NCBI GenBank assembly: GCA_002269645.1
Contig: NIVC01001062.1
Coordinates: 304,647 to 368,646, forward strand
Source of the DNA: Macrostomum lignano
Taxonomy: Eukaryota
DNA length: 64,000 nucleotides
Direction of reading: 5' to 3'
A model generated the notes under the pieces. It was given only the letters and a program-made list of their open reading frames with translations, did no database searches and had not been told where the DNA came from. The translations under genes were made by a program, and so were the position numbers. Positions 47,501 through 59,500 of this stretch are shown here, piece after piece (positions within the stretch are counted from its first letter, which is position 1; the number at the start of each line of letters is the position of its first letter).

Positions 47501-50500
47501 TTAAATTTAAAACTCAAATCGCTCCGGTAACTTGCAGGCATAATCTTGGCCTGCTGAGTAACCACTATTGTGCGGGACTGAAGTATCACAACCTGGTTCA
47601 GCAGATGCCGTTTGTTTACTGAGAGTCCTGAAGTCTGAAACCGATAAAATTCATTCATAAATTCATCCGGTTACTCTCAAGGAAAATGCAGCTTTTAGCT
47701 TACCTGGTTCTCATTGAGCACAAATGTTGCAGGAAACCAAGTCATGGTCTCACCGTCGAAGTACAACAACAGGATAGAGTTGTATGCGAGGGGCTCTCCG
47801 TCTACGCGTTTCAGGTTGTTTCCGGCACCAGAGAAGCCTAATCCGGTGATTCTGACTTGTCTCGACATTGTCACCTGACGGTAGGTCATGATGGCTTTCT
47901 ATCTATCTCTATTAACAGTCTATCTTGCAGACAAAAAAACGGTCAATTACAAGTACCATTATGTAATATCCGTTGAAACACTCCGAAGGTGACAAAGCTG
48001 GAGACGACAAGAGCGAATCAGCTGCAGTTCCGTTTGTAGCGTTGGCTGTGAAAGTAACACTGACGTTCGATGTTTCAGACATCAAGTTCTGCCAGGTATC
48101 CACTGAAACAATTTATATTATCAACTGCAAATAAATGATCATATCTACTGCACATGTCAAGACTCAAAATACGAAAGCGAAGTGACTCACGACGACAGAC
48201 TTGCTCCACGAAGTGAGTGCCGATTCGCAATACTGCTTGGAAACTGATTGACAGAGTGTCCACATCCAGCCCTGTGAAGCTCTCGTGGGAAACCTCCAGG
48301 CTCCTGCACCCTCCATCCTGGCACTTCACCAGCGCACTCTGAATGCTGTCCACTTGTAAGGACTGGCGGGTGTCGGAGACAATTGAGTAATTGTAGAAGA
48401 CATTGTAGAACGGGTTGGAGCAGCTCAGATGTTGCAGAACATCTGCAATTAATCAAGTCAAGGATCTGACCCAGCTTCAATGACAGTCTCTGCATCAACC
48501 TAGATCAAGAATCTGACCCAGCTCCAATAACAGTCTCTGCATCAACCCAGATCAAGAATCTGAGCCAGTTCCATCTGACCCAGCTCCAATGCTTCAATGA
48601 GTCTTTGCATCAACCTAGATCAAGTCGGTCGTCTCACCGGCCTCAGTCTGGCACAGGATGTGGCCTCTGAAGGAGCCGCAGTCAACTGCAGTCCAGGCCT
48701 CTTCAGTCAGCCTGGTGGCAGCGCAGGCGCCCGCCGCCGAGGGCTCCCCGATGCTCCAGTGCGCCCAGGCTCCCAGGCTGCTGTTGGTCGCCTCAGACAG
48801 CCACTGGCCGCTGCTGGAGTTGAGCACTGCGCCAACATGAAACCTGAGGTCGCTGGGCTGCGAGCTGAAGCCGCTGCGGGTGCACAGAGTTGGACGAGTT
48901 TGTCAGTGAGAGGATGGCATAGTGCTGGGTTAAAGCAATGCGAGCGATTCTGGCATACAGCGAGTGATCGATGAAGGCCAGCTTCAGAGCGGTGTAGTCA
49001 GCGTATGAAGTAGGCAGGAAGAGTCCGCCAGGCCGGTCCCAGTTGAGGCTGCCGCAGTAAGCCTTCGCCACTTCGCGCGCGACTCCCGGAGTTCCGTCCG
49101 CAAAGTGGTGGCGGCAGCGGCCTTCGAAGTAGTAGAAGTTCACAGGGCAATCTGTAGAATGGCGCATGTTTGATTGAAATCTTGTGAATAAATGACAGGT
49201 AAAAAGATTTAAAACTGTGGCTTACCTCCCGATGGACAGCCGTATAAAGTGTTGATGGCCAAATTATGTATCTCAGATGCGTTTCCCAGTATCTTTCCGC
49301 TCTTGGCAATAAAAGTTTGATTCAGCCAAATACGGTTGATTACGCGAAAAGTCTAAAAACATCGTTAATAGTGAAGATTGTTTAAATAATCAAGTATAGC
49401 GAGTATCTAGTATCTATCGGATTAATGGAATGGCTACATACCAAAGTGCTGTCGCTTCCATTGACAGACAATTGAAGAGCAGCCTCCGAAACTGTGAGAT
49501 GAGCGCTTACAGTTAGGTTAGTGAGGTAATGTTTTCTGCAGCTCGAATTCAAGAACAAGCAAATCGGTTGCAGAAGCGAATGTAGTATTGAAAGCAGTCG
49601 AAGATAAAGTTGGACATTCTGAAAGCAAGAGGACACTCACTGTTTAAATTTAGCTTACGGAGATTCACCCAATTAGCCATTAGCACAAACTCACGGAGAT
49701 CACTCAATTTATAGCTACTATCAGTGAAACTGCACTTACCTACAGGAAACCCGACGACTCCAACTGTCAGTAGAGCGTCTCCATAGAAACTGACAGGTGT
49801 CAGGACCAGGAACTTTGCCACTACAAAATCCGGCAGATCTTCCACAAAACTCACATTGGAAATGACTGAACCCAGCAATTCTTTGTCTGGAATGCCTGCC
49901 CTGGGCACTTCCTGAAGCTGGGAGTCGTCATGAGTTCCATAGTGCAGTCTGTACTGATTCAAACAAGATCCATTGATCCCGGGAGTAACAATGGAAAACA
50001 CTTGATGAGAACCGGGAATGTGATGCGGACGGAGGCATTCACAGGTAGCTCAAAGGCTGAGCCACTACTCAGCAGCAGGGCGGCAGGCCCGCGTTCCCAG
50101 CTCGCACTGGAGGGCCGGCGCACCGTGACCTGGTGCGGCGCCACCGGCACGAAAGGCGCCTCAGGCAGCGACTCGGGAGAGCAGCCGAACAGCTCAAACT
50201 TTCCGGCAAACCGGCCAACCACTCGCAGTGGGTAGATGCGGAAATGGCGGCCGATGACAGGGTTGGGTAGTTGCTCGATCGAGGTTATGCAGCTGTTTGG
50301 GTAGTCCGCAGGTCCGTGCAGAACCTGCATGATAGGTGATGAATGAGCCTGTTGTCATAGCTCAGTAATAACTGAAGTATTCAATGAATGCTAGTAGTCC
50401 ACTTTCACAACACTTACGGACGGCGCCAAGCCCCAGAATGTTCCGCTACGAGAGTACATCAGTACATAAGTGACTGCTGCCTCCCTTGCGAGTCCAGTTA

Positions 50501-53500
50501 GACAGTAGATACCGGACATTGCAACAGCTCGAATTCTAGCTTGCGTCTGGAGGGTGATTTGAAGCCACTCATCCAGACCGGCGGATGCTGCTCTAAAGAA
50601 GCCGAAGGTCCCGACCGGAGCGTCTGAAATATTGTACAAATAAAGAGAATGGAGTATGCAGACAATCAGGCGAAAAACTAAAACCATGATTAATGGTGTG
50701 AGTGACGGTAGGGTAGTCATAATCATAATCAATTCTAATGGGTTAGTCGAACAGGGATTGTTAGCCTGCCAATGAATTCCTTTAAACCTTTACATTTAAA
50801 ATGAAGTTAGTAAACTTTTACTAACTTTTAGTAAAGATTTTTGTTAAAACATTAGGCAGAAGCTTTGTAAGAAATCGGTTACTGCAAGTATAGCGATAAA
50901 CGAATATGAAGCAATTGTCTCACAAAATTTGAAAAAAATCAAACTTGAACGAATCTTGTATTATAAAACAAAATATGAAAATTAAGGGCATATAAAACTT
51001 TAAAGGCGATTAAAAAGCTTTTGAAGAGAATAGACTAGAGAATCGGTCATTGGTGTTCTGTGTTGAATTCTCACTTTATGATGCACATTTAGAAGTTTAA
51101 ATGCATGACAAATACGAACTATAGCAACCAATCACGGGAATGTCCCATGAAATCTTGTTGGTAAGGTTACCTTAGAAAATTAGAAGCCAAATAGAAGTTT
51201 GCTTACTTGGAGAGTAAAACCTGAACGATACGTGCTCAGGCGGGTAGCCTGGAAGGCTTGACTTAGAAGTGATGCTGGACACCATCACAGTTGCGTTGTC
51301 GTTTGGGTCCGGACTTAAAAGCGGGCTGTCACAGTCTGCAGCTGAAATTTGTTTAAAACAAGCAAAACATTTCAGATATATGAGAATGCTCAATAATCAG
51401 TTTAAAAGTTTTTGCTTATGGATCAGTAAACACCGGCACTGTTACAGTCACGAACATTTTGCCAAGAACTTTCGTCGCTCACCATAGCACCGCCACCGAA
51501 ACGAACTGTTCAGGGCAGCCGTTGAACTCTGAGTTGCAGCTTCAGCTTCCGCTGTGGCCGCATCACTGACGGTAGCGGGAGGATGACTCAGCAACACAGC
51601 TGAGCAGTTCCGAGTTTCATTTCGGTGGCAGTCGATCAAAGGCTTCAGAATTGGGTTCGATGTAGCGTACGTCCTAATGGGAGTGGCTGCTGACGAACTC
51701 AGGGCAGTCACGAAATATTTCGACTCGCAGTAATTTCCTGCGTATTTAATTGTTAAAAATATGTGCGAGAGTTCAAACAACTCAATGTCAGATGCAGCAG
51801 AGAAAATCTCACCAGGTGCGGCTGGCACCTCACAGATGAACGGAAAGACGGCAGTTTCGCTGTCGCAGGGCACGTGGACCACTGCATTCGCTCGCCGACC
51901 TCCGACACCACGCAGCCGCTGGTTGCATTGCTGGGCAGCTTCCAATTGTTCAGATGGGCTGACAGAAGCCTGCCGTCGGAGGTTTCAAATCTGCCGCTGG
52001 CGTTGCTGAACTCGCCATCGATTTGGATGAACTTGTAGGCCGGGACCGAGCTGAAACATAAGTTATCCAAGATATGATTCGATTGCATCTAACTGTAGAA
52101 TGTTGTATGTGAATGGTTTCAGTTTAGCTCAAACTCTCACAGGTTCAATTTTCCATAAAGGGCTTTGAAAATCTGTAGCTCAGACTCCGTAGTCATCTTT
52201 GCTAGCCGTCCTCTTCCGTTCCAGGCAAGAGACTTGCAGATCTTGTGAACAGTTTGCCTCGTTGCGATTGTATGAGGCTGGCTGGAGTCCGAGAATGGAG
52301 CCCAGTAGCAGAGTTGGCCATGACGGAAGGTGTTGATGGGACAGTCTGCGGGCAGGGGTCCCAGTAATGCAGTTACGATTGTGTACTACATTTTTGTACT
52401 TTTGTATCGCTGAATCCCTGGCCTGCGAGGCACGTTACGGTAGGGTGTACAGGGTACACTGGGTACAGTACAAGGACATGGGTCTTTGCTCGCTCCAACG
52501 TGACTGAAGCCCTCTCAGGACGCCGGGACACCAACCACCTGATGCTAGTTTCATAACACACAGGCTGGCGTAAAATCAAAGCGAGTAGGGTGTGACTACA
52601 TGTGCGTAGCCGAATCTGAGTCGGCGTCAGAGCACACGGACCCTTAGCTGCCACCTTGGCAACCGAAAGAAAAAAGACGGATGAGCCCACTCAGCGTACT
52701 TGGCGGCAGGAACTAATACAAGCAGCCAAGCACAAACCTCCATAGGCCTCCCTTTTGATTCTGTTCTCGCTTCATATTGTTATTATTCAGCTTGTCCTGG
52801 AGTGGCGTGGGTGCCTGCAGACTAGTGGAGCGGGCGACCAAAAAGCTAGACAAAGTCAGATAGAAAAATCGCACACACGCCCAGCAGAGCGCGGCGCGAC
52901 TACCAGCTACCTAAAAGTCAGCCCGCGCGGGGAAACCATTCCACCACACACCCCACCAGCCGGCCGTTGGGCTTTACCCCAAACCAGCCAATCACAACGC
53001 GGGGTGAGAGAGGAAACTCGTCAAGCCAGCAACTTGGCGCAGCTAACCAGCCGCAGTGGCTTTCAGTGCCAGAGAGAGCTAAAGTCGAAAACAAAATGAG
53101 AAGCATGATGGGGGGGGCAAAGACAAAAAGCTCTTGCACTGTGAAAAAGTTCAAAAGGCAATACTACGTTTACCACTACTACGAGCATTGAAAGCAGTTT
53201 TAAAACAGTAGTCTGGGAAAGGGGCTTTCTAGGACAAAAATTATCGCAGCCTCCATAATACACAAACGATTAACTTTATTATTCCCAAAGAGAATAATCA
53301 CATCCCGAAGGATGTGAAGCTAACCGGAATCGAGCTGTATTTGGAAGTCATTGAGCCAAAGACCGCACTAAAAGCGGATTATCTCAAGGCAATGGAGAAG
53401 GAAATTGATGTTGCATACACGGCCTACATGTGTCGAGATAAGCGAAACGAAACTAGAACAAACATCTGCATTAAAGAGGGATCATGCAGCAATCCAAGAT

Positions 53501-56500
53501 ATATTATTATTAACATGAGAAACCCAAATAGCATTATACGCTACATGCATGGAGACGTGCGGTCCATTCAGCATGAAATCAGTGATAATCTTTAACCTGC
53601 ACTGCCACAAAATGGAGATTTCAGTCAGAACAAGATTAGCAAATTTTACATCGAATTGGTCGAAAGAGAACAATGGAATTGCTATCACTGCTCTTCAATA
53701 TGGAACTCTATATCCGATGTTTGGCGTTGATGTGTCTGCCAGACAAATGCCTACTGATAACAGCCCTGTGAATATCGTGACTAACAGTGAGAGGACTGCC
53801 GCAACACCCGTGGACTTATACATTATCTATGCATTTGAGAGGAAGTGAAGCTTAATATGATCAACAATCATCCAGTAAAGTTTAAATATTTTTTGTGGGT
53901 GAAAAAATGGAAGCGATTGCTGAAAGAAAATAATATTATTTCTCGCTCTAAGGAGAGCATTCCTATTACAATAACTGGGCGAATTAATGACTCAAACGGG
54001 ATATTTGTTAAAAATTAGAGCAGGCGATTCGCCTGGATCCAGGTGCTAATTACATGTCTATCTTAACGACTTCACTGGTTGGTCAAACGTTCCTAATGTG
54101 ATGGCAGCAAATACTAAGTTTTATTACAAATGGAAAGGTGCAGCAGGAGAACCTGTGGTATTCCCTGTGAGCACGCAAAGTGTGGATACCTACAATTACT
54201 TTCTAGAAAACGTCTTTACTAAAAGAGGCCATTTTGAGACACCTGATCTGATTAAGCCAGAACTGTTCCCTGTCAAACTAACCTATGATCTCACTGTAAT
54301 GAGAGTGGTCATGCAAGTTCACAAAGATGCGGAGGTTGAGTTTAAAGATGACACTTGGTATAGGGAATTGGGATTCGAGAAGAAAGTTTATAAGGCAGAA
54401 TCCGCGGCGCGGACCGCCACTCAAACGTCGGGGGTCGTTAGCATGGCCCGGGAAAGTGTAAGCGGTTTGTTCTTAGCACCCAATATTGCAGACATTGTAA
54501 AGGGTTTGAATATTCTAATCAGAAGTAATCTCAGTCTTGATTGGGTATTTAAGAGAAAGCGAACGGATATTTTGTACAACATCTCTAACTCTGTAGCTGG
54601 AGGACAGATGCTGGTAGAGAAACCAAATCCAGTGAAAAGAGTTGTATTGAGTAATAAGGAGATTCACGAGATTGTGCTACACTTTGAGACTGAAGATGGG
54701 GTGGGTTTTTATTTCAACGGTGAAGAGTTTGTGTTGACGTTGATCATTGAGAGAATGTGAGAAAAAATTACAATTGCTTAATGATTTCTGCAAAGTTATA
54801 GTAGCTGTCGTAATCTTTTACGTAGGTCACTCCATACTTAAGAAACCAGTGTCTTTGGAGAGCTAGATTAATATTAGGGACATTGATATCAACACCAAGC
54901 CAATATTTTCTCATGTATCGCTGCATTCTAGTTTGCATCGGTACTTACTCTTGTAATAAGGCTCGTGCCTTTTGTAAAAAGAACCTGGAGAGACGATTGG
55001 AAGCATTTAATATTGAGAATTTAATTCTATCGGAGGATGAGCACCCTGGGTTTGGGGATTGGCGCTAATTTGATTGTCTTGGCACACTTTTTGCAAGGCT
55101 GGGAATATGGAGACTGATATTTTGTGCTAGACTTATGAGGCTGCGTAAATTTTTGATAATAAATGTAGAGACAGATTTTTGTGAGGGGCAGGTACTCTTT
55201 TTTCCTGATCTCTTTGGGAATAATAAAGTTAATTGTTTGTGCATTATGGAGGCTGCGATAATTTTTGTCCTAGAAAGCCCGTTTCCCATACTACTTAAAA
55301 CACATAAGAGGAGGCTGAATATTCAAGATGAGTATATTACCAGGAATTGGGCAGCCACGAATTTCGAATCTCGTAGTGACTTGATCTGCATCAGAAAAGT
55401 TAATGAAAAGCATTCTAGTCCGCAACGTTGTCGGCAGATATTGCTCAAAACCGAGACTCAAGTTGAACAGCTGGAATAATTCAAATGGGTGAAATTATTT
55501 TTCAAAATATGCGTTTTTAGAAACTATTAATACATTTTATTTAATAAAAATTTCGTGGGTCTGTTGCTACGACTGAGTCAATTCGTAAGGTTAGATCAGT
55601 CTTGTATCGCTGAAGTGGCTCCGATCAATATCCTAGGGCAACCACTAACCAAACTATAGTCACCCATTGTACACTGCTAAAATGTACAGAAGTATAAAAC
55701 CTTATATGAGCTATAAATAGACATCTCACATGCGCTGAACCGTGAAGTGTGACTGGACGGACGCTTTCATCTACAGGGCTTGCATAGGATACGACGAATG
55801 TGGCGTTCTCCGACAGGCCGTTTAGTCTCCACCCTGTGAGCAAGTGCGCAGTTGCCAGCTGAACCTGCACTGTAGTTGGCGATGTTTGCGTGATTGTCAA
55901 CACAGCGCTGCTGACCCAGTCGCAATCTGAAGTGAAATTTAGCCATTAGCGTTTGAATTTCAGTTCTGATTGATTTTCCTACGGCAACCGCGTCTCACCT
56001 TCAGGATAGCCCAGCAGTTCTAGTCTCAGCAGTCTCTTCCTCACAAATCCGATTGGCAGAATTCTGACTACTCTGGCAAGAAACGGCTTAGTGAAGGACA
56101 TCCGGGTGGCCATTTCGTTGCCTGTGAGACCGGTTCTGATGATCTGTAATTGACGAACGGTTTGTGCTCTAAAATACCTATTTATCTTTTCAATTGTACT
56201 TCCAAGTTGAACAGTACTATTTTTAACGTCAATCTCACATGGCTTAGTCCTCCAGCAGAGTACTCAGTATAATTGAGCATTTCTGTCGAGCTGTTTCCAT
56301 ACCGAATTCGGGCGGTCGTGACGTACCCGTCAAAGCCTCCAGTTGCGAAGTCCAAGACTCCGCTGCCCTGCCACACAATCCCGGTGATGCGGTGGATTAC
56401 ATCCAGCTGAATCTCCAAGAAGCTGCCGTCAGTGGCTGCTGCAAGTTAGAAATGCCTCATTTTAGCCTCAACTATCAACTGCAGCACTGCTCACAGCTGG

Positions 56501-59500
56501 GATCAATCAGCTCAATCAACTCAATCATCTCAATCAGCTGCCAAGCGACTCACAGTCAGAGAAGACGGCAGCGGGCGGCAGGCCGACCTCCTGGCCGCGA
56601 TTCAGCGCTGCCATGAGCGGAGTCGGGTGCCGAAATGCATCCTGCGGACTGGCGGCTGTCGCATCGCCGACTGCCAGCTGATTGGCCATAATGCGACCGT
56701 CCTCGAGTCCGACATTTGAGTTGATGAAGTAGTAGGCAGCTGGAAATAAAAGAACTAGTTGACGTTAGAGTGACGCTGTTTACGAACTCCTGTAAAATCA
56801 GTTAAGTTTTTGTCGGAGTAAAGATTTGATGTAATCAGCTCACCAATGCTGGGATAGCCGTAGACTTCGAACTCGCAGAGTGAGAGAGTTCCCAGCGATG
56901 AATGCTTTCGCAAGCCAGCGACTGAAGCAACCTGTTGGTTATTATAGATCACCTCTAAGACTTGTACTTCTCGTTGAGAGTGAAAAAGCTGCCATTTATT
57001 TTCTGTTTAAAATGACGGAATCGCTACCTTATTGACGTTAATCTTCCACAAATGGGACTTCATGAAGCCGCCAGTCCAAGTTTCCAATATCGTGACTGCT
57101 GTCGCGTCCCACGGAGCGGCCGTGCTGTTGCTGATGTAAACACTGGCTGACTGCATGTCCTCGGATAAGGCCTGGACTTTGTCTGTCGGATCAGGGGGTA
57201 AATAGGGAAGTCCAATAAGTGCGATTGATTTGTTTAAGGCGACACAGAAAACCTTCTGCAGCTCTGAGGACTCACCGAGTGTCTCGACCATGTCGACTAT
57301 AAAGATGAAGACGATTCGCTGCGCCACTCCGAGATCCACGAACCAGTAAAGATAAGGATCGGCGGTGCCGGAGTGCTGGAAGCAACGGCCTGACAGAGCG
57401 TGGCTCTCGAAGTTCCCGTCGACAGGCAGTCCTGTTGCTGCGTCGGAATTCGATCCGGTGGGCCGGTAGCGGGACAGCAGAATCGGGTTGGCGATGGCGT
57501 CTGGATATGGCGCATTCGGAACGGCAGGATTGAGGCTTGCAAACGCACTACTCGGACCTCAAAAAACTAAACAATGCATGTCAATGTCCCCGATATGCAA
57601 CTGTTTTCTTTTACTTACTGGCGGAGTCGCTGCAGCCGAGCAGCTGCCACTTGAACTCGAGTTTCCGCGTCCAGCTCAGCGGATACAGCCGGAAGCCCAA
57701 CGCGACGGGCTCGGGCAGCAAGCGATGCTGAGACTCGTGCTGAGCCACGAAGACTCCGGTCAAAATCTGTGGAAAGAATTGAGGCTGTCTGTGTGAGTAA
57801 TTGTTCAATGAACTCAATGGGGAAGCGCATGCAACTCACCCAGCCGTCTCGGTGCAGGGTCCAGTACTTGCCCTCTTCGCTCACCGCGGCCCTGAATGAC
57901 GTCACGTAGTTAGAGTTGTCTCCGGCCTGGTTGACGATGGCGCCGCCGCCGATGGCCACCGCGAACAGCCGGCAGCGTCGTGGAAGAATCGCCTGCAGAG
58001 TTGGCGAGTTCCTCGTTAGTCAGCAGGTGCGAAATTGGACTTCAAATTACTGGGCGGAGCAAGCTGCACCTCCAAAAGGTCTTACCTGGACAAAGACTGC
58101 TGTAGTGGCTGGATTGTCGCTCAGGTACGCAAGCAGGCTGGGCGAGAACGCACCCATGCTGCTGTTGTCCAGCTCATGGAACACCAGGTGCGGCGCCATC
58201 TTGCCAGCAGTGTAGGAGTCTGACTCGACAACGAACCGCTTCTTCCGCCTTCTGTAGGGCTGAATGAGTCCGGAGTAGCCGATCTTGTTCACCTGGATGC
58301 CGTAGACGGAGTCCCAGCAGCTGCCCAGCGACTGGTTATTAGAGAACACCCTGATAATGGTGAGGTTGCTGCCAGCGCTTTTCGACTGCTGCCAGGTGAC
58401 GCTGATGTTGGCGAAATCGTCCGTGTCGAACACCACAGGGTCGGAGAAATCCGAATCCAGCGATGTGAGCTCAAAGTCTGCATATCTGTAGTCCTTGTGC
58501 TCAACGGTGCAGCCGCTCAGCCTGATGTGGCTGCCATTTCCCATCAGCTTGACGATGTAACGTTTCTAGACAAGGCAGAAGTTTTGAGACCATCAATAAT
58601 TTCCTGACCTATTTGAGTTTTATTGCAAGAGACTTTCTCACGTTTCTCATGGCTTTGTCGTATCCGTACTGATCCGTGAGCCAAATTTTTAACGTTGTTG
58701 TTTTCAAGCGGGCTTGGAAATGTACTTCCTGCTGAGGGATCGCGGCTGCCACAACGTCTCTCGGCATCCATTCCGGCCTCACTTGCACGTTCTCATCGAG
58801 AGTGTAGTCTGAGAAAGGAGAGTTGCACTCGTAACAAATTATACAGTAATCTGTACATAAAATCTGTTTCTTCCGAATTTGGAGAGTACATGTAAACCTT
58901 CTACTTTATTATGCAGCCTATCCTAAGTCATTGTCTTCTAGAGCAAATTAAAGAGATGATACTTGTACTTACACTCTTTGCCATACACATGCAGAGCAGT
59001 GATGCTCAGCGGGGATCCGTGCTCGATCCTCCGCACAATGGCCAGGTATCTGGACGGTTCAGAAGCGACGCAGGCAACGACGAGCTTGGAGCTCAGGATC
59101 GGCACCTCGACAGATCCGCACTGGGGCCACGCGTCGAAGGCCGAGCCGCCAAGTGCCGGCTGCCAGACGGTGCTGGTGAGCAGCCGAACTCCGAACTGGC
59201 TGCGAGTGGCTTTTAGGGTTGGGATTCGCTACATCAGTCAGTTTCGATATGAGTACAACAAAGACCCTTTAATCCCCCATCCTGTTCGACAACTTTCAGC
59301 ATAGCTAAAGTTGAGTCTTTACTATGAACCAAAGAAGCATCAATGCGGTTAACGTAAACGATTTTGCATCAGTGTTTCTCAATAACTCAAACTAAATATG
59401 AACAAACTACCTGTCTCCATGTCGACTCCGGAGATGAGGTGCAGGCTCTTGAAGTCAACAAGCAGACTGTTGACTTGCGTTCCGACCACAGGTGCAACGC

